A stretch of DNA of 64,000 nt from NCBI GenBank assembly GCA_973895155.1, contig OZ316892.1, forward strand, positions 16,420,357-16,484,356, given 5' to 3'. The first letter of the stretch is position 1, and each line of letters opens with the position of its first letter. The DNA comes from Marsupella aquatica (Eukaryota; Plantae; Marchantiophyta). Positions 51,410 to 63,336 of this stretch are shown here, piece by piece. The position numbers and the translations under genes were made by a program. A model generated the notes under the pieces. That model ran no database searches. It was not told the DNA's origin and worked only from the letters and a program-made list of their open reading frames with translations.

Positions 51410-52423
51410 TTTGTTCTGAATTTTGATTTCAAAGAAGAAGAAGATGATGATGAAGAGGCCGGTATTGATGTCCAGAAAGAAGGAGAGAAAAAGGATGGGG
51501 GGAATTCAGAAGGAGAAACAAAAGATTCAGATTCTTTTGAGTAATTCCCGTAAGCTCCTTTACATTACTTAACTTTCCATTTTCTTTTTATCTTGTATAC
51601 TTGAATTACTGGATTCTCTCGAAGTGTACTTAGTGTTTCAACTGACTCGCAGGTCAGAGTGGAATCTTTGCGAGAGGTTCAATCTGCGAAGGAAATTTTT
51701 GAGCAAAGTCCTAAACCCCTGAGAAACCATTTGTATTGCCTTCATACGCAGAGTATGCCGCTCGCAAAGAAGAGAGTAGAAGAACCCTGACCTGGGAGAA
51801 TGAGGGCTTACGATTGAGACGTGGTTTGGATAGAAAGTTCATCCGTCATCCATTTGTCGATGATATGGCACGAAATGAATTTATCGATGATGAAGTAGAG
51901 AGTATGGATAGATCAGAGAGTAGTGAGTCGGAATCTGGAGAATATATTAGATTGGATTAGGTTAGTTTAAATTAGATTAGTTATATATTCATGATTTTAA
52001 AACAAATTACCTCCTCCAAAATAGTAGCGTCGGGCGCTACTTATTGTACGCTTCAATTTTATATAAATACAAAGTGGGAAAGGTATTAGCTTTCGCATAT
52101 GTTTCTCTGATGTCAAGTGTAGTGTAATGTTTTCCAAAATGCAAGTACATGTACTGATGTACGATGAAAATCCTTTATGACCTTCACTACCATACGTACC
52201 TGTTTCCCTAGTTGAATTCCTTCGCAACGGTAGGCATTTTGACATCGCCTATGTTCAAGGATTTCCAGGAGCTCTTTCGCGTTTAGCGCCGCATAGACAT
52301 TGATCCAAAGACCATGGAGAAAGGAAAGCAAGTCTTGTGTGAGAGAACTTTCGGCCCCACAAAGTTGGAAGGCGAAGCTTCAATTGATTCTCTGGCCTCA
52401 GAGGTCCCCATCGACGAGACTCC

Positions 52424-52786
52424 TTGCCTATCACCTCAACTGAGAGGAATCGACTATGGCTGGCCTCGGATGAGGGGATAAGCATTCGAGCAAAACCAGA
52501 TTCATGCCCTGATTTGTCTCCTCCCCGATCTTTCAGAGAACGGTTCTCTATTCACGATCCGGATCCTTCTGATGTCTATAGGGTTGGACGGACGGTGTTT
52601 TTCAGGGGCATTCAACAATGGACCGGGCGAGTCCGATTTTCTGACTCCAACATTCCAAATTGCAGGCTGAGGAGTTGCCTTCCAGGACCGCGTTTTTTTG
52701 CTGAGCGGGAGGATGGATTTTGCCATCCAAGGGTCAAGGCATCGATCCATGCCCTCTTGGAAAATACAAAGGGGCACTATAAATAA
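52424..52786 (+). CDS. Small conserved ORF/exon of unknown function near the MULE end
   Basis: SDEGIS...SPPRSFRERFSIH is conserved in ORF 3288-3572 (-). Confidence 0.45.
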   Translation: MPITSTERNRLWLASDEGISIRAKPDSCPDLSPPRSFRERFSIHDPDPSDVYRVGRTVFFRGIQQWTGRVRFSDSNIPNCRLRSCLPGPRFFAEREDGFCHPRVKASIHALLENTKGHYK

Positions 52787-52850
52787 AGTGAAGAGGATCA
52801 CACTCTCCTCATTCGCATTTGTTTGATCTATCGTGTTGGACTCGCAACAC

Positions 52851-55800
52851 TGTAAGGAACTCTTCCCCTCTTGTGCACATGTCTTGTTTATTATTTACCT
52901 CCATGCTTGGGTACTAACTTGATTGTTAGCCTTAGAACTATTTTATGTTTTATGTTTATTAGTCTTGAGATCAATTTAGTGTGCTTGTAATGAATAATAT
53001 GATAAATGGAGTACCTAGAGTTTATCCCCCACCTGCTGTGCCATTTGTCAATCCTTTCTTAATTAGAATTCATTGTCTTAGCAAGCATACCATGAGAATG
53101 CATCTTCTTTATCATTTTGGGTTGAGTTAATGGAAACAGTTATGAATAGCGATGCACCATTTGTATACCCGATTGTTGTTTATGGAAATGAATGGAATGT
53201 AACTATTTTTATTTTATATTAGATGGATTTTAATAGACAATCCATAAATGTACCGGAGTTAGATTTGAATAGGCTTCCTAATAATGTGTATGATTTTCCT
53301 TCATCTATTGACATTAGAGTGGTATGCCGTAAGAAGGTTGATTGTAGAGATGTTTTAGTTAGAAAGTATGGAGATGAAAGATACAATGTTATGCTTAGGA
53401 TGCCAGAGCCTGTGATTATATCATCTATGGTAAATCTTAAGATCATAGTCTTTGTTTTCTATAATTGACTTATCTAATTGTAGGATTCGTTGGAAATTGC
53501 AATCTATGACTTGACTTGGGAAGTAAGTTATGTGGAAAGAGGATAGGTCAATTCGAGGCTTAGTGTGAGGAAGCCGCTCATCGTAGAGTGGGACAAAGGC
53601 TGTGAGAGATATTTTAGAGGATAATGGTGAGAGAAATTGATCGACAAAGGGGATCGCAAGGGTAATGTGAGGTGAGAAAAGACGTATTTTGGAAAGGTTT
53701 CTTCCAAGATAGGAAAAACAAGAGCTCGGTGCTTCCCAAGAACTAAAGATTCCCCCGACATAAGTGGCGACCATACTGGGGAACTCTTGGGGCCTATTTT
53801 TGGAAGAAAAAAGGAAGTATTGCATTACTAGAAGAGGCTAACTTTCTTTACTAGACAATTGGTCTAGGGACACCTAGGTGGTGGGTGCCTATTCATTGCG
53901 AGAGAGTAAACAAGTTTATATATAGCAATGCCTAACAGTACTGACATGGGAGACTCAAGTATGTCCCCCAACACTATGGACATGGATACCATGTCTAGAA
54001 TGTTGTTAACTTTGATGCAGAGTATGAAACCAACCGATACAACAGAAAATCAAAAGAGAGAGCAAGCACATTGTGCAACAAGGTGCTTGAGGAAGGTTCT
54101 TGAGAAGAATGGGCAATTTAATGGTCGTAATGTAACTCGTTACATGAAGACCTATTGGCAAGAGGCTACTATTGAGCAACTTTCAGAAGAGGTTGCAATT
54201 CGTCAATTTTCAACATTGGTGGAGCCAAAATTAAAAGGGATCGTTGATGCTATAGTTCTTGAGGCATCAAAAGACAAGACATGGAGGTGTTTTGAGAAAT
54301 GCATGAAGGAGGAATTCCAATTGGAGGATGCTGATCGAATTACACAAGTGACATTTTGTGATTGGGTCCATGAGAGGAACAAGAAATTGGGGCCACAAGA
54401 ACTATTGTGAGAGTTCAACAAGAAGTTCAATCAACTTCCAGATTTAGAGGCACAAGTCATCCGGATGCAGAGGTATACTCTATTTCTTAGAGCTGCAGAT
54501 GAGAAGCTAAGGGATGAGTTGGAGAATGCTTTGGATCTAATTGATCTAGATCGTACTGACTCTTCTACAAATTGGGAGAACATTGAGAAGGCAGTGATGA
54601 AGGTAAGTCATCGACATAGAAGAAGAGACTTGGATCAAGAGGCTATCAGTGGAGTTCCAAGTCAAACCAAGACATCAATCACTACAAGGATGGATAACAC
54701 TACTAGTGGGGGTGAGAAGAAGGAGATCAAGTCCACAGCACAAGAAGGCAAAGGAGGAGCAGTTGAAGAGCTTGCTGATTTGATGAGGAACTTGACCATT
54801 CTTACAACCCAAGTTCTAAACCAGACGCAAGCAACCAAGACTACAACAACAACAAATCGCACATGGAATTGCATGTGGTGTGACAGCAAGGAGCATAGAA
54901 GAAATGATTGCACTGAACTTTTTGTAGCACTTCGAAATCGACTTGTGAAGTTTGTTGGTGAGCAAGGACAAAAGAAGCTTGCATACTACAACACTGAGGA
55001 ACTTATACCACTCAACAATAATCGTGGAGGGATGAGAGCCTTAGTGGAGAAAAAGTTGGCAACAGAAGGAGTAGACACAGCAGCAACTATAATCGAGCCT
55101 AATGTTTTTGCTGCAACAAGTTGTTTTTCAGAAAAGGTACTTGATGAGACAGGAAAGAAAAAGCTTGCTGACTACATTCGTCAACAAACTGGATGGGATG
55201 CTCCTGTGTTAATAGCCCCAATTACTGCAGAAGTTGGAGCTACATGGGAAGCAAGAGTGGAGGACAAGCGCAAAACTCCTTCAAGTGATGAGCCAAGAGG
55301 AAAGATGCCAAGAAGAGAAACTTCAGATTCACCAATGGAGGAAGAGAAGAAGAATGAGAAGTCAACCAAAAAGGGACCTGGGTGGATACTAGGCCGTGAT
55401 GTGGAACAAACAATTGAACCAGAGAGAATTGCTGATAAGTTTTGGAAGCAAGAAGCCCGTGGTTTTACAAATGATGAGTTCTTTGGGAGTTTGAGGAAAG
55501 ACATACAAGAAGCAATTCTTACAAGATCAAAGAAGAAACGTTTTTACAAAGAGGGTCCTCATGCTCTAGCTGGGGAGATGGAGGATTCAGACAATGAAGG
55601 AGAAACTAAGAGCGTGAGCATTTGTGCAGTACAAGTTGAAGACAACAAAGTTGAGGTAGATTCCTATCATGCTAAATCTATAAAAGAAATGGAGTCATAT
55701 TGGGCAAGAGCTTGTGATGAAGTTGAGGTGGAGCTGATTGGAGTCAAAGGTCCTATCAAGGCACTTATTGATTCAGGATCAGAGGTGAATCTAATGTCAA

Positions 55801-55931
55801 GGGAGCTCTACAACCAAGGAAGGTGGAAGGTGGATCGAGACATCCAATGGAAGGTGAAATCAGTGAATGCAAATCACAATTCTTTGTGGGGAGCTTGTCC
55901 TGATGTGAAGCTTAAGGTAGGAAATGTCAGA
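52851..55931 (+). mobile_element. Ty3/Gypsy 5' fragment: LTR 52851-53760, PBS 53765-53782, gag-protease
   Basis: TG...CA LTR followed by TGGCGACCATACTGGGGA (tRNA-Arg-type PBS, as in Tat/Ogre-like elements). Truncated after the protease. Confidence 0.85.
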
Positions 55932-55937
55932 AGTTAG
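53928..55937 (+). pseudogene. Gypsy gag + aspartic protease
   Basis: FNGRNVTRY; CMWCDSKEHRRNDC zinc knuckle; ALIDSGSEVNLM. One in-frame TGA at 54408. Confidence 0.88.
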
Positions 55938-56646
55938 TTAGCCAGTAGGCATTACCCCGGGAGGTAGTATCTTCCGGTTCCTTTCCGCAAATGTAGTATT
56001 TAGGCTTCCCCTTCCCCTGTGGGAGGGGGAGAAGGCTTAGTTATTTCAGCGTTAGGAAAGGCGAGGCACGGGGAGTCCCGGCCTGAGCAGGGTCGAAGTG
56101 CACCAAGGAGTGAGAGCCAGAGTCGAGCTTGCTGGGCAAGTGCGGGGCGGGGCCTCGTAGAGACTGGGCATCGACTGCCGTTGGGCCCGCTGACCCCCTT
56201 AGAAGTCGAGTCAACTATGTAAACTGATTCTTCGCTGAGTAAATGTAGTCTTTTCCCTCTAAATATTTCCGCGAGTAACTAGTGTTGTGTGTATGCTTTG
56301 TCTGGGCAAAGGCGCCATTTCAAGGGACGTACCGGGTGCGGACTAATGGTAGGGATTGCCACCCATTGCATGTCACAAGGTTCTATCGCGACGATGGCTT
56401 GAAAGCCCCAAGCCGGGAGTTAGTCCGAGTCACTAACTGTGGGAATATTCCAGCGATGGAAAACAAATATACCTATGATTAGTACGAGTTGCATAAGTGT
56501 TATACCAGTAAGTATATTGCCTTAGCCTGACTTAGGGCTAATCGAGGCCACTACACACCTCCTTGCTCGAACCCTCACCCCTACTGGTGGTCAGCGTCGC
56601 CCCATGGAACTAAACTGGATTTAAGGCCCAGGTTAGGGGCGCGACA
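55932..56646 (+). mobile_element. 3' part of a family B LTR fused to the truncated Gypsy
   Basis: Homologous to ~1370-2077. Ends GGCGCGACA at 56646. Confidence 0.75.
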
Positions 56647-56920
56647 AGCTTACTACATCCCAGTTCTTTAGCCGTTTTTTAGCTCGCGGTATCTCTTAAG
56701 ATTTTAGAGCTTGAAGGCAGAATAGGTATCATCGTTCGGCTTTGTGTTTTTGCTACCATGTAACACACATTTTAAAGTGGCGCCATGCGCTACTAATATA
56801 CTCGGCATTTTTATACACGCTTTTTATTGATGGATGTCACAAATATTGTGTAAATTTCCTCACTTATTTTACTGTTACCATTTCCTGTTTCCTCTTACTG
56901 TTTCCTGTTTCCTGTCACGG

Positions 56921-59000
56921 AGGTTGGGCCCGTTGTAGGTGGTGAGGGTCGGATTATGAGCTTGCCCTGTGAACAAGCTAAACAGGGAGATTTCATGGAT
57001 GTGGGGTGGACCATTTCCGGTATGCCCAGGGTTTCTCTAATCAGTTTCAGGAACATTGTTGTTCCCGGGTGGCCCAGTCTCCTGTGCCATATCTCGGTAA
57101 GTGTGCCTTGGGGTGTTCCAGTGTAGAAGCTGTGGATTTCAGTAGTGTAACAACCGGGGGGTGATGCTCTCAGGATCTCTTTGATCTTGGTATTTGTTGG
57201 TTCCCCCGAGGTGATGTACAAGACTTCCCGTCCTTGTTGAGTGCCCGTCTTAATATGTAGTTTGTTAGCACGGATATCCCCAAAGCTTAGTAGGTTTCCG
57301 GTTGCCTTTGGGGCGTATATCGCAGACTCCACATGAATTATCGTCCCATGGGGTAGGGTGACCAATGCTGGTCCAAATCCCTCTTCCAATTGATGCTGGC
57401 CCATAATCGTTGTAAGTTTTCTTTGGGATGGTATAATTTGCTTGAAGTATTCCTTATGCTTAAAAATGGAATGCGATGTACCACTATCGACTATGCAGTG
57501 GGAAAAATTTTCTTTGATACTAGAATCAGGTGTGGTCTTTGATATGACCATGTTTATAGTTGGTATAATTTCTGTGGATTCTAGGAAAGTCCCATACGTC
57601 TCAGGTTCATTTTATGCAGTGCTCTTCTTATATAGTTGCACCAGGTGTGCAGGTGTATGGCAGAATTTTTGAATGTGGCCTTTAGTGCCACAAGAAAAAC
57701 AGGTAGAGGGGTTTTCGTATTTATCTCTTTGAGTGCTTTGCTGTTGATTTGTCCTCGCTCGGGGTTGATAGTTGCCTCGCTGCCAATTGTTTCTGAAGTT
57801 ATCGCCGGTGTTTTGGTATCTTCCCCTGGATCTGCCTCTGAAGTTGTTGCTTCTACCTCCGCGTCCTCTGAAAGAGCTACCTTGGCCTCTGTATGTGTTT
57901 CTCCCCATGAAACTATCTTGACCATGGTAAGATGAGCCCTCTCCCCTCTGGGTTGTAACGTAGTGGGATTCTGAATTTGTGACTGGAGGGAGAGTTCCAG
58001 GGGGTCATTTTTGGGAATTTTGTAATAGCAATAGCTGGTGCTTTTAAGCCAGGAGCATATGGGCAATCAACTCGGAATATTGTGTGAATCGCATATTGCG
58101 ATATTGGGTAGAGAGAATGAGATTTGTAGGGTGAAGGGTAGAGAGTGTTTTCTCAATCTGTTCGTCATCATTAACGGGGTGGCCACATATGGCCAATTGG
58201 GATACAATCCAAAATAATTTGCAATTGTAATCCGCGATTGATTTATGGTCCTGGACCCAGAGATTTATCCAATCGTGTCTGGCCGCAGGCAGGTGTATGG
58301 TGCGCATGTGGTCGAAGCATGATTGAAGTGCATCCCAAAGGACTCTCGGATTATATTTGTTCATGTACTGTCGCTTCAGAGAGTCACTCAAATGGTGTCG
58401 AATTAGTATCAATGCCTGCGCTTTTTGCTGAAGTGTTTGGCCATTGTCAGTTATTACTGTATCCTATAGATTCTTTGAAGTTAGACGAGCTTCAGCATTG
58501 AGTGTCCAGGACAAATAGTTGGCACCATCGATGCTGAGTGGTTGAAATAAAAGTTTCTCCATGGAATTCGTTGACATTTTTCTGGATAATTTCTTATTGA
58601 TAAACTCAATTGGTGAAGTTGAAGGAATTGAGAATAAACTTTCAAATCGTGTTTGGCAAATTTGGAGTTTCTTATCTCATTGCCCGATTTTGTATCCAAT
58701 TCGTTTTGATCATTGACATCCAGTCTCACAGGATGATTTCGGCCACTGCTGCACCTTTGTCTGCCTTTAATCCTTCCCTTAATGGTGGAAAAAAATGTAA
58801 TCCCTAAAAAAAATTGATTCAAATCCAGCATCGTGCTGATAACGTGTTGTAAGGTGTGGAACAACTGATCACTTCATTTATCATCTCCCCATTACATATA
58901 GCTCCTATGGAGGCTAGCTAGGTAGTTAGGCGGTTGGAATTAGCCTAACTGTAGTAGGGTTTAACCCTAGGTAGGGTAGGTTTAGGTATGGGTTATAACA
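56921..59000 (-). mobile_element. Copia, Bianca-like, 5' fragment (156-bp LTR 58845-59000, gag, protease, start of integrase)
   Basis: TG..CA LTR followed on the minus strand by CGTTATCAGCACG (Bianca-type PBS). ILIRHHL...ARHDW...EKTLST...QYR; CFSCGTKGHIQKFC; CIVDSGTSHSI; WHRRLGHPG. Confidence 0.88.
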
Positions 59001-62000
59001 CAATCATAATTCTCCACAATTTCTCAAAGGACTCCATGTCTTCAGCTTTTAGTTCGCATGTGAAGATTGTACAAAGAGCTCGGAAGTTGTGATCGTAAAC
59101 ATGTGCACTGAAAGTAAACTAGTCGGTTGTCACTCACTTCATCACATCAAAACTCACCCAAGCTCCTTCCAATTTTTTGCCGGGTTGCATCTGTCGGAGA
59201 AGATCTACACCAGATCCATGACCCTTGACTGTCATTTTGAATATATGGGGCCTATCTGCTACACAACCCTGACCCGGCAGGAGGTACCTTTGGAGGAAAG
59301 AAATGTTATTTGCCCTTTGCATCCAAGCTAGGAAATCTAACTCACCACGACCAGCCTGGTCCATTCAAACGCTTTGACAAAGCGATGCAAATTTCTGGGG
59401 GGTAGACAGTACCATGAGAGACTTCCAAATCTCCGTTTCTTCAATATCTACTATGTCGTCGAGGTTTTTGCAAAGAGCTTTCACGAGCAAACCGGTTGCA
59501 GAATTTAAAATACCAGCCGGCTTTGCTAGAGGATTGGCTTCATGATTTTTTCTTATCAAATCCTCAGCTATCTTCTCAGCGCTCCTCGAGAAAACTTTTC
59601 TACTCGGATGGTTATGCTCACCTATATGAACTGTGAGCCGAGACATGTGACTACAGGTCTCTGTATCAAGAAGGACTTGAGGGTACATATAAAACAAGCG
59701 AGCAGGGCAAGACTTCACACAAAAAGGAATCTGCTCACAATAGTGACAGACTACACCACCCTCTTCAATCAACAAACCCACCATGTGTTGGCCACTGAGT
59801 TTAGGAGCACCATGCCAGGCTTTTGCATTGCATCTCTTCTTTCGCTGAAAGTACTCACAGGACTTGTTCCCGCACTCGATGAACCTGTCACGCGATTGAC
59901 ATAGGTCTTAACACCAAAAATGTCACTATGGGTGCCAAAACCATCTCCTTGTACTTGAGGATCACGAAGGGATGTTGTGAAGGCCGGTAAACATCAGTTT
60001 ATGCCCTTAACACCAAACTATCATAGCAAGACTCTGTCACACATCACCCAAGCTCAATCCCTAGGAATCAAGGTTGGGAATCAGATCCTGTGCACTCATG
60101 GTAGTTCATGAACCTAGTTGTGTTGCCTACTAGAAAGAGCCACAATATAGCTTGCAAACCTGGCCAACTGTTGCTGTGAAGCGTGGCTGATTACTCCCTG
60201 AGTAATAGCACAACCAAGCTCTCCCCAGCACACAGCTTCCAAGCCCAGCCTTCCTTGCACAGAGCTTCTCCCTGCTACTCAGTCTACGTGAGATCACACA
60301 ACTGAAGTCCCCCTGCCTCTACCGGGGGCGCTGCTCTATATACTCTCATACTGAGCCCAAATGGGTGGATACTACGCTGCTGGAGCCCCATCCCAGCCCT
60401 AATAGAGCCGCCACTATCTCTAACTACTGAACCCTAACTCGCAACTTTATTTCTATCTCGAATTGACTATGTACTTCGGATTTGGCCCTCCTCCATGGTT
60501 TTTGCGAGCTTGCGCCTCCTCTCCTGATTTCTCTATTCAACCATTTGCTACGTGGATAGCATCGTTGGAAGCGACTTGAGCTCCTCTTTCCAACGAGGTT
60601 AATTATAGCCAATTTGGGCAAATACAGAGAAAGTTATGCCCTTGCAACCAAGAGGGGGTACTCATTGCTATGCTAACCCGAGTTACATAGCTAATCCGAG
60701 TTCGGCTAGCCTAGCTATCCTATCTAACCCGAGTAGAGCTAACCCGTGGTCTCGGGTTAGGCCGCTACCCGCTATCTGCTAACCTAGGCTAAGCTGAGCC
60801 TGAACCCGAACTTACCTATGCTAACCCAAGCCCGAGTTTAGGCAAACCCGAGTTCAGTCTAACCCGGGATCAATCTAATCCGAACCTGGGTTAAGCCTAA
60901 GCTGAAGCTGTGCTGACCTGAGCTAAGTTGAAGTCGTGCTTACATGAGCTAAGCTGAAACCATGCTTACATGAGCTAAGCTGAAGCCGTGCTCACATAAG
61001 TAAGCCGTGGCCGAGCTTAGGTTAACCCGAAACCGAAGCCGAATCCGCTAATTCCGACCACAAGTTAACCCGTCACACTAATCAGGCTGTATCTTCCTTA
61101 ATACACCTCCGTTTCCGAAGTGTTTTATATTGATTTTACTCGCATTGACCAGATCTTTCCAATGCTCTTTACAGATCCGGATTTGGTGACATATTGAATG
61201 AGATATGGTCACCGACCACCCACGATATTTCCCTAACATTCTAAGACTAGACTATGAACCACTAACCTAACTAACAAAATGAAGCTACACACCCAAGACA
61301 TTTAGATTTCATCCTGAGCACAATCACCATACCCCACAACTTCATATTCAGCTATGGAGACTCGCTTCCTGGAATTACCACGCCTACCTCCGTACCGGCG
61401 TCTTGAAGAGCCTCCATGCTCCATCTTGCTTGTCAAGAAGATGGTATGCTTGAAGAGCTGAATCCTCTCTTCCCCAGTTTCTCCTTTGTGGCCTTGACAG
61501 TGACTACCTCAATTGTGTCTGCCTTGGTTGTGCAGTCTTCAAACTGAAATACATTTATCCCTACTCTTAACGCCATGATTGCCCTTATTCTTGCTAGCTT
61601 GCTAATTGTTATGCAATATCAATAGCTACTCCTTGCATACAACAGCCTAGTTAATCAGATTATAGAATAAGGACCATGTCATCGGCGTCACAGATGCCGG
61701 TACACGTAACCTTACCAAATTCCCAATGTTTCTTTGGATGCACGTTCGCAGTTGTAGGAAAAATTCGGGTCCAAATGTAACAATCTTTGGCGCGGTCCAT
61801 GTCACGAAGTCTAGATCCCTTGGAGAGCGTTCCCTCAATGGGAGGCAGTTCAAATACAACATTTCCGTTGTACTTGTCTGGCAAACAAGGAACTTGCTCA
61901 TGCCGGAAGTCCCCTATCAAGATAAATCTTGATAGTTCACTATATCCCGTGGCCTTGAGTAAGGCGTCCATCGCACTCCTCCGGTAGACTTTATGACCAA

Positions 62001-62409
62001 CTGCAGAGGTAGCCACCGGCTCATCCTTAACAAAAGCGGAAACCGGAACTTTGTACTGCGATGGAGGAGTGGGTGCAACATCACCATCTTCACTGTCAGA
62101 TATGTCAACAACAACAGGAATGTTCCCAACTACTGGTTTTGGAGCGACACGTCTGACATTAAGCGTGTAACTAAGCCCGGCATTCATATGCCAAAAGCGT
62201 ACTCCCTCATCTACATCGAATGCCGCAGCCCGTTGAAGTTCTCCACTCGTCGATTCGTGCGGAACAATGGACTCAATATCATTCATCCTCAAATCAAATC
62301 TCCCACAGAGGTAGGTTTCACTAACTTGCTTGTAAGCATCAGAAACTTGCACGGGGATCTTGATGACGTCTCCAGTACAAGCACGTGTAATTACAATTGA
62401 GCGAGACAT
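59001..62409 (-). pseudogene. Second, diverged MULE transposase; interrupted by a solo LTR and 3'-truncated by the Copia
   Basis: Colinear with copy 1: VYRRSAMDALLK, YNGNVVFELPP, DCYIWT...WEFGKV, FYMYPQVLLD...HIGEHNHP, QRYLLPGQG...HIFKMT.KGHGSGVDLLRQM, WVSFDVMK. Confidence 0.85.
59886..61692. mobile_element. 1.8-kb solo LTR with internal short tandem repeats (~60670-61075)
   Basis: TGTCACGC...GCGTCACA termini. Degenerate 5-bp TSD GAACC/GATGC. Removing it restores the transposase frame (CTG.IEC). AACCCGAG and GAGCTAAGCTGAA repeats inside. Confidence 0.75.
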
Positions 62410-62640
62410 TGTGAGAAAATAAAGGAATCAACAAAGTGAATTCCTCCCAAATGGAATGCTTATACTAATGCGTGAAGACGACTGACCGTTATAAAAGTCG
62501 TTTGAATACGACATAGAATTGTTTCCGTTGAAATCATAAATGTAGTGTTTGTCCTTTTTGCCCCGGTAAGTGCGGGTGTCAGGGATATTTATTGTGTCAA
62601 AATGAACACATATAGGCCAAGATAATTCACATGATTTCAG

Positions 62641-63023
62641 CAGCGCCTGGCGCTACCAAAAATTCCAGGATTTACAAGGTTAGAATTCAGTCACACACCA
62701 GACTAGCGCCAGGCGCTAGCATTATAGTGGACCCCAATAAGTCTACTTTTTTGTATCTAAACATGCAATATCGTCCAAATTTAAGCACCATTCATGGATA
62801 TATGTACTAGCGTCGGGCGCTAGTATTGGTACACCATATGTAAGGACCAAATGTGAACGAAATTAAACTTCCTACGTCCGAAAGTACTTCATTTTCAAAA
62901 ACTTTCACATAAACTGGGACCAAAAACATAATCGTGAATAGACCATGGAATGGGTAGCGCCTGGCGCTATCCATTGAACACATTAAACTTTATGACCAAT
63001 CTTTTTACTAGCACCGGGCGCTA
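62641..63023. promoter_or_regulatory. Cluster of five TAGCGCC-N-GGCGCTA palindromes in the divergent intergenic spacer of copy 2
   Basis: Copies start at 62641, 62704, 62808, 62955 and 63009. A regulatory role is inference. Confidence 0.7.
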
Positions 63024-63336
63024 GCAATGCATTACCAAGTTTTAGTAGTCTGGTCAACGGTAATATTTAATGGTAACTACGGTTAGCGTGATCTTCACGA
63101 AAATAGTTTAGCGGATTTCACATTAATATCTGTCACAGTTCTTAGATTGTCGCTTTGTTTTAACGATAAGTAATACCCAATTTCATCGTAACGTCTCTTA
63201 AATAGATTACATGGAGGGAGATAGCACTGATCAATGAGGTATAACACTCCATCAATTGTTAATTTGGTACAGAGATTCAGTACTCGATCGTGAGAATTGT
63301 AGTGTACGACCGTTCGTACAACACTCATCGCGGGAG

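Larger units (their letters stand above)
33450..56920. mobile_element. MULE-like transposon copy 1 (transposase + ParB/methyltransferase-like gene + small ORFs), with nested LTR, LINE and Gypsy insertions; left end not found
   Basis: Divergent gene pair, dispersed palindromes, and right subterminal repeats ending CCTGTTTCCTGTCACGG at 56920. Left coordinate is approximate. Confidence 0.65.

Noticed and set aside
62641-63023. Spaced palindromic repeats as a CRISPR array
   Set aside because: Repeats are only 15 bp, spacing is irregular (about 54-147 bp), no cas genes are present and the context is eukaryotic.
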